A DNA stretch of 64,000 nt from assembly GCA_050942825.1 (NCBI GenBank), contig JBMNOA010000004.1, positions 357 to 64,356 of the forward strand. Reading direction: 5' to 3'. The position numbers were made by a program, and so were the translations under genes. Below the pieces are notes generated by a model. It made no database searches. It saw nothing but the letters and a program-made list of their open reading frames with translations, and was not told where the DNA came from. This document shows positions 1-8,813 of this stretch, piece by piece. This stretch comes from Bacillota bacterium (GTDB lineage: Bacteria > Bacillota > Dehalobacteriia > UBA4068). The stretch's first letter is position 1, and every line of letters begins with the position of its first letter.

Positions 1-566
1 CAAGCACTGCAGGCAGCATGGGAAACTATGATAGGACTTTGGCTCTCGGCCAACAGCTCCCAAAAACCTCTTGAGGAAATATGTGCCGCATCCAATAAGA
101 TGCCCAGATCATTACATTGGCGCACAACTTGCTTGCCCAGCGCTGTCAAACCGCCATTTTGCCCGCAAGCGGCTGATAAGTGATTATCATAATTCCAAGT
201 CAAGCCCAAAAAACGTAATCCCAAAGTATAAAAAAGTGATAAAAGGGCTTTATCACCTGCCAAAAAGCCTCCACCCTCAGCTCCTACCAATATTTTATTA
301 CCTTTAGTTAATAATTGTTCTTTATATAAAAGCATTTTTACCAGATGTTCGTGATTTTTGATATCCTCCGACAATTTAGCCAAAATATTCATCATTTCTC
401 CGATCTGACAAGCTGCATACCTCTGCGGATGAATAAAAATGGCAAAAAAAGCTATGTCTACATATTTATGTAAGCGCTCAAAATCACAATGAATGTCCGC
501 CAAAGAACATAAAGATTGATGCTCTCGCAGCCAAAGCGCTGTATCTAAATGTGCGTCAATGATCAT
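1..566 (-). CDS. Membrane dipeptidase family (peptidase M19), partial; runs off the left edge; not in the ORF track
   Basis: Hand translation from ATG at 566 gives MIIDAHLDTALW...GAEGG...GLTWNYDN...GLTALGKQVVRQCNDLGILLDAAHIS...IIVSHA, with the M19 motifs D-x-H-x-D, EG, LTWN, D-x-x-H and SH. The start overlaps the spoVS stop (TAATG). Confidence 0.9.
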   Translation of the reverse strand, partial: MIIDAHLDTALWLREHQSLCSLADIHCDFERLHKYVDIAFFAIFIHPQRYAACQIGEMMNILAKLSEDIKNHEHLVKMLLYKEQLLTKGNKILVGAEGGGFLAGDKALLSLFYTLGLRFLGLTWNYDNHLSAACGQNGGLTALGKQVVRQCNDLGILLDAAHISSRGFWELLAESQSPIIVSHAACSA

Positions 567-862
567 TATCTGGCCTCCACTATCAATTTGATGGCAGTTC
601 TTTCTTCTCCGTTTACTATCACATCGGCAAAGGAGGGTATGCATACCAGGTCCATACCGGAGGGGGCAACAAAACCCCTGGCAATGGCAATGGCTTTTAT
701 AGCCTGATTGATCGCTCCCGCACCAATAGTCTGTATTTCCGCTGAACCTTTTTCCCGCAGAATACCCGCCAAAGCACCAGCTACGGAGTTGGGTGTCGAC
801 TTTGCCGAAACTCTCAAAGAATCGGAATTATGGCTGTTATTGATATCTGTGCTATGGTTCAT
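566..862 (-). CDS. spoVS: Stage V sporulation protein S
   Basis: LRVSAKSTPNSVAGALAG...IGAGAINQAIKAIAIARGFVAPSG...ERTAIKLIVE; strong AGGAGG RBS. Confidence 0.95.
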   Translation of the reverse strand: MNHSTDINNSHNSDSLRVSAKSTPNSVAGALAGILREKGSAEIQTIGAGAINQAIKAIAIARGFVAPSGMDLVCIPSFADVIVNGEERTAIKLIVEAR

Positions 863-924
863 AAATTAAACCTCCTTTAGTCCAAAGTTTTTTCAACTGA
901 TATAAATTTATATGCCACAACCAT

Positions 925-961
925 AAAAAAAACACTTCTTTCCACACAAAGAAGTGTTTTT
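925..961 (-). terminator. Intrinsic terminator after ymdB
   Basis: AAAAACACTTCTTT-ccacac-AAAGAAGTGTTTTT inverted repeat; U-tract on the minus strand. Confidence 0.8.
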
Positions 962-1000
962 GCCACTAATATTGTATATCAAATTGCCATTACTTCTCTT

Positions 1001-1786
1001 TTACAATGAAGGGTCAAAGAAATTAATCAAATCAATGGTTCGGGCTTTACCATCCTCCCCTAGTTCGATTACTACACCATTAAACTGCAGATCGCCTCGG
1101 GCAGGCTCAAAGCGCTGCGGCATTTGTGTAAGCATCTTTTTAATGATGATATCCTTGTCGACACCTAGTACGGAATCTCTGGGACCAGTCATGCCGACAT
1201 CGGTCAGATAAGCGGTGCCTCTCGGTAAGATCCTGGCATCGTTGGTCTGAATATGGGTATGAGTACCCAATAGGGCACTGATCCTGCCATCCAAATACCA
1301 TCCCATAGCCATTTTCTCCGAGGTGGCCTCGGCATGAAAATCCACGATAATAAATGAGGTGATGTCCCGCACTTGTTTGAGCATCTCATCCATGGCCGCA
1401 AAAGGACAATTGGCGGGCGGCATATAGATCCTGCCCACAATATTGCTTAAAGCCAGCTTCTTGCCCTGCGGCAAATCATAGATACGCCAGGGCATACCCG
1501 GCAAAGAAGGAGCGAAATTGGCTGGGCGAACTATTCTTTGATCATGGTCGATAAGATCAAAAATTTCTTTATTATCCCAGATATGATTGCCCATAGTAAA
1601 AGCATCTACGCCGATAGCCGATAATTCCTCCAAAGATTTGCGGCTCATACCTGCGCCGCCAGAAGAATTCTCCCCATTGGCAATAGTAAAATCTATCTCA
1701 TATTGCTCTAAAAGACGCGGTAGATTTTTCTCCACTATATGCCGTCCCGGAGAAGCTACGATGTCCCCAATAAAAAGAATTTTCAT
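1001..1786 (-). CDS. ymdB: YmdB-family metallophosphoesterase (TIGR00282-like)
   Basis: MKILFIGDIV, NGEN, TMGNH, DFHAEATSEK, GTHTH, TDVGMTG motifs; canonical rny-ymdB-spoVS order. Confidence 0.93.
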   Translation of the reverse strand: MKILFIGDIVASPGRHIVEKNLPRLLEQYEIDFTIANGENSSGGAGMSRKSLEELSAIGVDAFTMGNHIWDNKEIFDLIDHDQRIVRPANFAPSLPGMPWRIYDLPQGKKLALSNIVGRIYMPPANCPFAAMDEMLKQVRDITSFIIVDFHAEATSEKMAMGWYLDGRISALLGTHTHIQTNDARILPRGTAYLTDVGMTGPRDSVLGVDKDIIIKKMLTQMPQRFEPARGDLQFNGVVIELGEDGKARTIDLINFFDPSL

Positions 1787-1867
1787 ATCTGACTCCTTTT
1801 TAAGTTGTTAATAATATTATATCAAAATTTGTCCATATATTTCTTAATAATTTTTTTTAAAGGAGAT

Positions 1868-1897
1868 AAAAGTGGCATCCGCTTGCACAGATGCCAC
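1868..1897 (-). terminator. Probable terminator after rny
   Basis: GTGGCATC-10 nt-GATGCCAC hairpin followed by a short U-tract on the minus strand. Confidence 0.6.
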
Positions 1898-1917
1898 AGA
1901 GAATTCATAAATTAAGG

Positions 1918-3450
1918 TTATTTAGCGTAATCGACAACTCTGGTTTCCCTAATCACAACTACTTTAATTTGTCCGGGATATTCTAATTCGGCTTCGATTT
2001 TTTTGACTATATCACGAGCAAAACGGGCTGCTGTGAGATCATCGATTTTTTCGGGTTTGACTAAAATACGTATTTCCCGGCCGGCTTGAATAGCATAAGA
2101 TTTTTCTACACCTTCAAAAGAATCGGCAATTTCTTCCAGTTTTTGTAAGCGCTTGATATAATATTCGAGAGTTTCTCTTCTGGCACCGGGACGAGCGGCA
2201 GAAATTGCATCGGCAGCTTGTACCAAAGCAGCCTCCAGACTATTGACTTCTATATCACCGTGATGAGCGGCAATGGCATGGATTACTTCTTCTGATTCAC
2301 GATATTTTTTTGCCAAATCGGCACCGATGGTAACATGGGGGCCTTCGACTTCATGGTCTACGGCTTTACCCAAGTCATGCAAGAGGCCGGCTCTTTTGGC
2401 AAGAGTGATATCAGCACCCAATTCAGCGGCCATCAGGCCCGCCAAATGGGATACCTCGGTAGAATGTTTAAGTACGTTTTGACCATAACTGGTACGGAAT
2501 TTCAAACGCCCTAAAAGTTTAATCAGCTCTGTATGCAATCCATGAACGCCTGTTTCGAAAGTGGCCTGTTCACCCTCATCCCAGATTCTTTGTTCCACTT
2601 CTTTTTTTGCTTTTTCTACCATTTCTTCAATACGTGCAGGATGGATGCGGCCGTCGAGAATCAATTTTTCCAAAGCAATTCTGGCGACCTCCCTTCTGCA
2701 GGGATCAAAACCGGAAAGTATGACAGCTTCCGGAGTATCATCAATAATTAAATCAATACCTGTCAAGGTCTCCAGCGTACGGATATTGCGACCTTCCCGG
2801 CCGATAATACGTCCTTTCATTTCCTCATTGGGCAAAGCTACCACGGATACGGTAGTTTCAGCCACATGATCGGATGCCACTCTTTGAATAGCTGAAGCAA
2901 CGATCTCTCTGGCTCTTTTTTCTCCTTCTTCTTTAGCTTGAGTCTCAATATCTCTAATAAGAATATTAGCCTCATGCTGGATCTCATCTTCAATGCTGGA
3001 CAAAAGGATTTGTTTTGCTTCTTGAGCAGTGATGCCTGAAATAGACTCCAATTGCTGGATTTTTTGTTGTTGTAATTGCGTGATTTTGGCCAGTCTTTGT
3101 TCTATTTCCTGATCTTTCTTTTTAATGGCTTCATCTTTTTTCTCTATTGCATCCAGTTTGCGATCTAAAGATTCTTCTTTTTGTTGAATCCTTTTTTCCT
3201 GACGAAGAATTTCATTACGGCGCTCTTTATTTTCCTTATCCATCTCCATACGCAGAGCGTGGATCTCTTCTTTTGCTTCTATCAATGCTTCTTTGTTCTT
3301 GGATTCAGCTTCTTTTTTTGCCTCTATAATAATCTTCGCCGCAGCTTCTTCTGCTGTCTTTATCTTGGATTCGGCTACTCCTTTTCTTATAAAATAACCG
3401 ACTATTATACCTACAATAATTCCTACTATAGCATAAATAAATATCATCAT
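1918..3450 (-). CDS. rny: Ribonuclease Y
   Basis: N-terminal TM helix, coiled coil, KH ([14 protein letters not shown]), HD (LLHDLGK). Start placed at ATG 3450 after GGAGGTG. Confidence 0.97.
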   Translation of the reverse strand: MMIFIYAIVGIIVGIIVGYFIRKGVAESKIKTAEEAAAKIIIEAKKEAESKNKEALIEAKEEIHALRMEMDKENKERRNEILRQEKRIQQKEESLDRKLDAIEKKDEAIKKKDQEIEQRLAKITQLQQQKIQQLESISGITAQEAKQILLSSIEDEIQHEANILIRDIETQAKEEGEKRAREIVASAIQRVASDHVAETTVSVVALPNEEMKGRIIGREGRNIRTLETLTGIDLIIDDTPEAVILSGFDPCRREVARIALEKLILDGRIHPARIEEMVEKAKKEVEQRIWDEGEQATFETGVHGLHTELIKLLGRLKFRTSYGQNVLKHSTEVSHLAGLMAAELGADITLAKRAGLLHDLGKAVDHEVEGPHVTIGADLAKKYRESEEVIHAIAAHHGDIEVNSLEAALVQAADAISAARPGARRETLEYYIKRLQKLEEIADSFEGVEKSYAIQAGREIRILVKPEKIDDLTAARFARDIVKKIEAELEYPGQIKVVVIRETRVVDYAK

Positions 3451-3483
3451 TTCACCTCCGTTATTATAGAATAAAAACATTGC

Positions 3484-3706
3484 CGAAAAAAATAAAATCG
3501 AGCGGAAACTCGATTTTAGAATACACGATGCAGGGCAAAAAGTTTGACTTTTTGCTCACAAATATATCATTTATATATAATAAAAAGATTTACCTCTTTA
3601 TAAATCAAAATAACTATATATATAAATAATGCATTCTGCTGCATCATAATCTTTAAGAATTCACAAAGAATTCCTCAAAGAACTTACTCTAAAATCACTT
3701 CCTAAC
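3484..3706 (-). ncRNA. Candidate structured sRNA or leader RNA upstream of rny
   Basis: Consensus promoter upstream, several nested stems, and a terminal TAAAATCGAG/CTCGATTTTA hairpin followed by U7 (see findings). Confidence 0.5.
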
Positions 3707-3712
3707 ATATCT

Positions 3713-3741
3713 ATTTTATTATCTTAGGATATATTTGTCAA
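3713..3741 (-). promoter_or_regulatory. Sigma-A promoter driving the rny upstream RNA
   Basis: TTGACA-17 nt-TAAAAT on the minus strand. Confidence 0.8.
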
Positions 3742-3753
3742 TAAATTAATTTG

Positions 3754-4275
3754 CTAGTCCCTTTTTTTATTAACCACATCAATAATTTTATCTAAACTAA
3801 ATCCTTTCCTGGCCAAACGCTTTACCAAATTTTGCCAAAAAATCTCCTGCTTTTCTTGTTGCGGCGGTTTCTTAGCTGCTTCTTTTAGAAAAGCTTTAAG
3901 CAAAACTTCGTCTTCTTTATCCTCATCATAAAGCTGGGCCAGTCCATCCCTGACTATATCGGGATCTACCCCCTTTTGCACCAGTTCCCTTTGCACAAAA
4001 GAGGCGCTTCTTACGGCATGCTCCTGACGGTAATAGACCCAAGCTTCCACCATTTTTTCTTCATTTATGAGGCGTTCTTGGCATAACTCCGCTATGGTTT
4101 GGTCAATGTGTACCGTCATTTCCTCCACATGCTCTGGGGAGCATCTTTCCAGGAGCTTTTGTTTAAGGCCAGCAGCTGAATAATGTCGGCGGGCAAGATA
4201 ACGCAAAGCAACAGCCCGAATTTTTTCCGGGCCGCTCAAAAGCTTTTTTTGAGAAATTTTTTGCCAACTGCTCAT
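3754..4275 (-). CDS. recX: Regulatory protein RecX
   Basis: Follows recA; ALRYLARRHYS...L.QKL; SASFVQRELVQKGV; KRLARKGFS. Confidence 0.8.
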   Translation of the reverse strand: MSSWQKISQKKLLSGPEKIRAVALRYLARRHYSAAGLKQKLLERCSPEHVEEMTVHIDQTIAELCQERLINEEKMVEAWVYYRQEHAVRSASFVQRELVQKGVDPDIVRDGLAQLYDEDKEDEVLLKAFLKEAAKKPPQQEKQEIFWQNLVKRLARKGFSLDKIIDVVNKKRD

Positions 4276-4305
4276 AGTAAATTGTCCTAACATAATAGCA
4301 ACTAT

Positions 4306-5352
4306 TTATTGCTGGGAATTTTTTTCTTTTTCCTCATCGTTCAAAGTACCGACCTCTATAAGAGGTATATCACTTGCCATATCCCTGATTTTAGCTTCTA
4401 TTTCATACATAATTTGTGGGTTGCTCTTCAAATATTCTTTGACATTCTCTCTGCCTTGTCCGATCCTTTCACCGTCATAAGAATACCAGGAACCAGATTT
4501 ATCAATTATTTTCATTTCAGCGGCTATATCCAAAATATTACCTTCTTTGGAAATTCCTTTGCCGTACATGATATCAAATTCGGCATGTTTGAAAGGAGGA
4601 GCTACTTTATTTTTAACAACTTTTACTTTAGTACGATTGCCAATTACTTCTGTACCTTGTTTGATGGCCTCACCTTTGCGTACATCTAGGCGCACGGAAG
4701 CATAAAACTTGAGTGCTCTGCCCCCTGAAGTAGTTTCAGGACTACCATATATAACACCGACTTTTTCTCTAATCTGGTTGATAAAGATAATAGTAGTATG
4801 GGATTTACTGACAGCGCCCGTCAACTTACGCAAAGCCTGCGACATCAAACGAGCCTGCAAACCGACATGAGAATCGCCCATGTCTCCCTCTATTTCCTGA
4901 CGGGGCACCAATGCTGCCACAGAGTCTACCACTATCACATCTACTGCCCCGCTTCTGACCAGAGCCTCGGCTATCTCTAAAGCCTGTTCCCCAGTATCCG
5001 GTTGTGAAATCAATAATTGACTGGTATCTACTCCCAGATTTTTGGCATATTTAGGGTCCAGGGCATGTTCGGCATCAATAAAGGCAGCCGTACCGCCCAT
5101 TTTTTGTGCTTCGGCTACGATATGTAGAGCTACTGTAGTTTTGCCGGAGGATTCTGGTCCATAAATTTCTATAATGCGGCCTTTGGGTATACCGCCTACA
5201 CCTAAAGCTATATCTAAAGCTAAAGAACCGCTGGGAATGGATTCTATGCTTTTTCCATTCGAGACCTCTCCCAAACGCATGATGGCACCTTTGCCAAACT
5301 GCTTTTCTATGCGGGCCAAAGCGGCATCCAGTGCTTGACTCTTTTCAGACAT
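4306..5352 (-). CDS. recA: Recombinase A
   Basis: [36 protein letters not shown]. Confidence 0.99.
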   Translation of the reverse strand: MSEKSQALDAALARIEKQFGKGAIMRLGEVSNGKSIESIPSGSLALDIALGVGGIPKGRIIEIYGPESSGKTTVALHIVAEAQKMGGTAAFIDAEHALDPKYAKNLGVDTSQLLISQPDTGEQALEIAEALVRSGAVDVIVVDSVAALVPRQEIEGDMGDSHVGLQARLMSQALRKLTGAVSKSHTTIIFINQIREKVGVIYGSPETTSGGRALKFYASVRLDVRKGEAIKQGTEVIGNRTKVKVVKNKVAPPFKHAEFDIMYGKGISKEGNILDIAAEMKIIDKSGSWYSYDGERIGQGRENVKEYLKSNPQIMYEIEAKIRDMASDIPLIEVGTLNDEEKEKNSQQ

Positions 5353-5393
5353 AATTTTGCCTCCTCAATCAATATCTATCATAGCCAGCTAAA

Positions 5394-5439
5394 CAACATA
5401 AGTTGGCTAAATTATATAATTGTTTCACTGATTTTACAA
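5394..5439 (-). promoter_or_regulatory. recA sigma-A promoter with an adjacent palindrome (possible LexA-type operator)
   Basis: TTGTAA-17-TATAAT (5439-5411); CAAC-TTAT-GTTG palindrome at 5394-5405, just downstream of the -10. Confidence 0.6.
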
Positions 5440-5442
5440 GTT

Positions 5443-5946
5443 TTATTTATATTCCTGTGCCAGCTCCATATAGGCTGCAGCATGTTTTTTCAATTGCTGT
5501 TCTCTGTCCTCGTCCATAGTTTTGATTATTTTGGCCGGGATACCCACAACCAGCGAACGAGGTGGTATTTGTTTGTTTTCCGGTACTACGCAACCTGCAC
5601 CCACAATACTGCCTTGGCCGATTTTGGCCCCATCCAAAACTATCGCACCCATACCGATGAGACAATTGTCTTCCACGGTGCAAGAATGAATAACGGCATT
5701 ATGTCCTACGGTGACATTATTACCGATAACAGTCGGAACCTCTATACCCACATGAACGGTACAATTATCCTGTATGCTAGTGTTTTGTCCGATGGTGATA
5801 TCAGCAACATCGCCGCGTATCACAGCTCCGTACCACACACTGCTGCCGGCACCGATTTTTACTCTGCCGATTACTTTGGCGCTGGAGGCCACAAAAACAT
5901 CTGCCTCTATCTGCGGATAGTGATCACCAAATTTTTCTATATTCAA
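5443..5946 (-). CDS. Gamma carbonic anhydrase family protein (YrdA/CaiE-like hexapeptide repeat)
   Basis: VWYGAVIRGD, IQDNCTVH, VGHNAVIHSC (three His ligands), IGMGAIVLDGA. Confidence 0.9.
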   Translation of the reverse strand: MNIEKFGDHYPQIEADVFVASSAKVIGRVKIGAGSSVWYGAVIRGDVADITIGQNTSIQDNCTVHVGIEVPTVIGNNVTVGHNAVIHSCTVEDNCLIGMGAIVLDGAKIGQGSIVGAGCVVPENKQIPPRSLVVGIPAKIIKTMDEDREQQLKKHAAAYMELAQEYK

Positions 5947-5988
5947 TTGCCATACCTCCTTTTCTACGGTTGTGTAAGGAAAAAATTT

Positions 5989-7698
5989 TTAGCGAGCTAA
6001 CTCTTTTTTAACAAGTTCACAAACATGATCCACTATTTGAGAAAGCGGGATATCTTGGGATTCTTGAGAGGCTCTTTTTTTCAACTCTACCAAGGCATCG
6101 TTTTTGGTTTTTTTGCCAATAGTGATACGCAAGGGATAGCCGATCAGATCGGCATCATTGAATTTAACACCCGGTCTTTCTTTTCTGTCATCAAGCAGCA
6201 CCTCTATTTTTCTTAGGGATAATTGCCTGTAGATATCATCCGCTATAGACATCAATTGCTCATCCTTATCATTAACAGGCACGATGACTACATGATAAGG
6301 AGCGATAGCCATAGGCCAAATAATACCCGCCTCGTCATAGTTCTGCTCGATAACAGCAGCCATAGTGCGTCCTACACCTATGCCGTAACAACCCATAACC
6401 ATATCTTGTTCTTTGCCGTTTTCATCGATAAAGCATGCGCCCAAAGCCTGGCTGTATTTGGTACGAAGTTTAAATATTTGCCCCACTTCTATACCTCTGG
6501 CGCTGAGCAGCTCGTGACCGCAATGAGGACAGGCCTCACCGGCTGTAACCATGCGTATATCAGCCACTACATCCATTTGATAATCACGGCGTGGATTGAC
6601 ATTGATGAGATGATAGTCCTGTTTAGCAGCCCCACAAACATGATTGATCATTAAAGCGACCTCTTGATCTGCGATTATTTTTAACCCTTGGGACTCCTGC
6701 GGTCCTAAAAATCCAGGGACCAGGCCCAAAGCTCTCATTTCTTCATCAGTAGCAAAAATCAGCTCCAGGCAACCTAGCACATTTTGCAATTTGACCTCGT
6801 TGATCTGACGATCACCGCGACACAAGACCAAAACCAGTTCATCGTCGGCTTTATAGCACATAGTTTTGACCACATTGTCAGAAGTTGTACCTAAAAAAGC
6901 TGCTACATCCTCCACACTGCTACAATTAGGAGTATGAACTTCTTGTTGAGTCAACATTTCCTGAGCAGGCGGAGCCTTCGGTTCTACAGAAGCGATCTCA
7001 TTAGAGGCAGCATAATCGCAGCAAGAGCAATAGAGTATTTCCGCTTCTCCCGACTCGGCCAGAGCCATGAATTCATGGCTGCCGGAGCCGCCAATAGCTC
7101 CCGAATCAGCCTCTACAGGCCTGAAATCAAGCCCGCAGCGTTTAAACACGCTGGTATAAGCGGTATGCAACAATTGATAGCTGATTTGCAGACTATCTTC
7201 ATCGCGGTCAAAAGAATACATGTCTTTCATGATAAATTCGCGTCCGCGCATCAGGCCAAAACGGGGACGGCGTTCATCCCTGAATTTGGTCTGTATCTGA
7301 TACAGTCTTTGCGGCAATTGTTTATAGGAACGAATATCATTTTTTACCAACGTGGTAATAATCTCTTCATGGGTGGGACCAAGACAAAAATCACGCTCAT
7401 GCCTGTCATGCAAACGGAACAACTCATCACCATAAACATCCCAGCGTCCTGATTGCTGCCATACTTCGGCTGGCTGCAAGGCGGGCATGAAAATCTCCTG
7501 GCCATTTACTAGATCCATTTCCTCTCTGATGATATTCATGATTTTTTTCATGACGCGCCAGGAAAGCGGCAAATAAGAATAAATACCGGCGGCGGTTTTA
7601 TGGATCATACCAGCCCTTAGCATTAATTGATGACTGATGATCTCCGCCTCGGCAGGTGTTTCCCTTAATGTCGGTGCATATAATTGACTGGCCCTCAT
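5989..7698 (-). CDS. proS: Proline--tRNA ligase (with INS editing domain)
   Basis: SHQLMLRAG, LGPTHEE, KFRDERRPRFGLMRGREF, GCYGIG. Confidence 0.98.
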   Translation of the reverse strand: MRASQLYAPTLRETPAEAEIISHQLMLRAGMIHKTAAGIYSYLPLSWRVMKKIMNIIREEMDLVNGQEIFMPALQPAEVWQQSGRWDVYGDELFRLHDRHERDFCLGPTHEEIITTLVKNDIRSYKQLPQRLYQIQTKFRDERRPRFGLMRGREFIMKDMYSFDRDEDSLQISYQLLHTAYTSVFKRCGLDFRPVEADSGAIGGSGSHEFMALAESGEAEILYCSCCDYAASNEIASVEPKAPPAQEMLTQQEVHTPNCSSVEDVAAFLGTTSDNVVKTMCYKADDELVLVLCRGDRQINEVKLQNVLGCLELIFATDEEMRALGLVPGFLGPQESQGLKIIADQEVALMINHVCGAAKQDYHLINVNPRRDYQMDVVADIRMVTAGEACPHCGHELLSARGIEVGQIFKLRTKYSQALGACFIDENGKEQDMVMGCYGIGVGRTMAAVIEQNYDEAGIIWPMAIAPYHVVIVPVNDKDEQLMSIADDIYRQLSLRKIEVLLDDRKERPGVKFNDADLIGYPLRITIGKKTKNDALVELKKRASQESQDIPLSQIVDHVCELVKKELAR

Positions 7699-8810
7699 CT
7701 ATCTTCCTCCTGATTTGTTATTGATTGTTGTGCTATAATCTCTTTTACTTTATTGATCAGGGCATCGGCCAGATCATCATTGGCATATTTTCCTATGGCT
7801 TGTCCCCGATAAAAAAGCACTCCTTCCCTGGAGCTACCGGCAATACCCAGGTCAGACCCTTTGGCTTCTCCGGGGCCGTTTACCACACAGCCCATCACAG
7901 CTATTTTTAAAGGTAGGGAAGGCTTTAAATGCTCCAAGGCTTTTTCCACCTTTAAAGCAATTCTTTCTACATCTATCATTGTCCTGCCGCAAGTAGGGCA
8001 AGAAACAAATTCAAAATTATTTTTACGTAATTTCAATGCTCCCAATATTTCTTGGGCCACAAAAACTTCCTCCACCGGATCACCGGTCAAGGAGACTCTA
8101 ATGGTATCGCCAAGCCCTTGAGACAACAAGATGGCAATAGCGCAGGCAGAACGTATGCTTCCTTTTTTAACCGTACCAGCCTCCGTCAAACCGATATGAA
8201 AAGGATAATCTACTTGATCGGACAACAGGCGATAGGCCTGTATCATCAAAGACAAATCGGATGCCTTTAGAGAAATTTTGATATCAGAGAAATTCTCCTT
8301 TTCCAGCATGGCTACATGGCGCAAAGCGCTTTCCACCATAGCACGGGCAGAAAGACCGTATTTTTGCAAAAATTCCTTTTCCAAAGACCCAGCATTGACT
8401 CCTATGCGTATTGGTATGGCAGCCGCTTTAGCCGCCACAGCAACTTCCTTGACTTTATATTGGCCGCCGATATTGCCGGGATTAATACGCAAGCCATCAA
8501 CCCCTGCTTTTATAGCAGATAAAGCCAAACGGTAATCAAAATGAATATCGGCAATTATGGGCAGCGAAGAAGCCGATAATATTTGCGGCAATTTTTCGGC
8601 TGCCTCCGTATCCGGTACAGCCAGGCGTACTATATCACAGTCGGCGGCAGCCAGCCTGGCAATTTGCCTGCTGGTAGCCTCCACATCAGCAGTAGGGGTA
8701 TTGGTCATCGACTGGACAGAGATCGCATTATCACCACCTATTTTTACATCAGCGACGCTGATAACACGACTCTTTCTTCTGGGGAAGAGATCGTTTTTCA
8801 TATACATCAT
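7695..8810 (-). CDS. ispG: HMBPP synthase
   Basis: VQSMTNT, ADIHFDYR, RINPGNIG, SCPTCGR, VMGCVVNGPGE. Confidence 0.97.
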   Translation of the reverse strand: MMYMKNDLFPRRKSRVISVADVKIGGDNAISVQSMTNTPTADVEATSRQIARLAAADCDIVRLAVPDTEAAEKLPQILSASSLPIIADIHFDYRLALSAIKAGVDGLRINPGNIGGQYKVKEVAVAAKAAAIPIRIGVNAGSLEKEFLQKYGLSARAMVESALRHVAMLEKENFSDIKISLKASDLSLMIQAYRLLSDQVDYPFHIGLTEAGTVKKGSIRSACAIAILLSQGLGDTIRVSLTGDPVEEVFVAQEILGALKLRKNNFEFVSCPTCGRTMIDVERIALKVEKALEHLKPSLPLKIAVMGCVVNGPGEAKGSDLGIAGSSREGVLFYRGQAIGKYANDDLADALINKVKEIIAQQSITNQEEDR

Positions 8811-8813
8811 TTA

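Noticed and set aside
3484-3706. 6S RNA as the identity of the rny upstream RNA
   Set aside because: 6S lies near rny in some phyla, but the visible pairings give a branched structure plus a terminator, not one long rod with a central bubble; an Rfam scan is still needed
3697-3724. ACTTCCTAACA-TATCTA-TTTTATTATCT resembles the B. subtilis dif site (about 21/28 identity)
   Set aside because: The normally best-conserved XerD arm (TTATGT..) is broken, the match overlaps a promoter -10 in very AT-rich DNA, and gene orientation does not switch here
5389-5402. 13/14-nt repeat CTA(A/G)ACAACATAAG shared by the recA promoter and the asp23 upstream region (42425-42438)
   Set aside because: Matches of this length are expected by chance among several kb of AT-rich intergenic DNA; the orientations differ and there is no functional link
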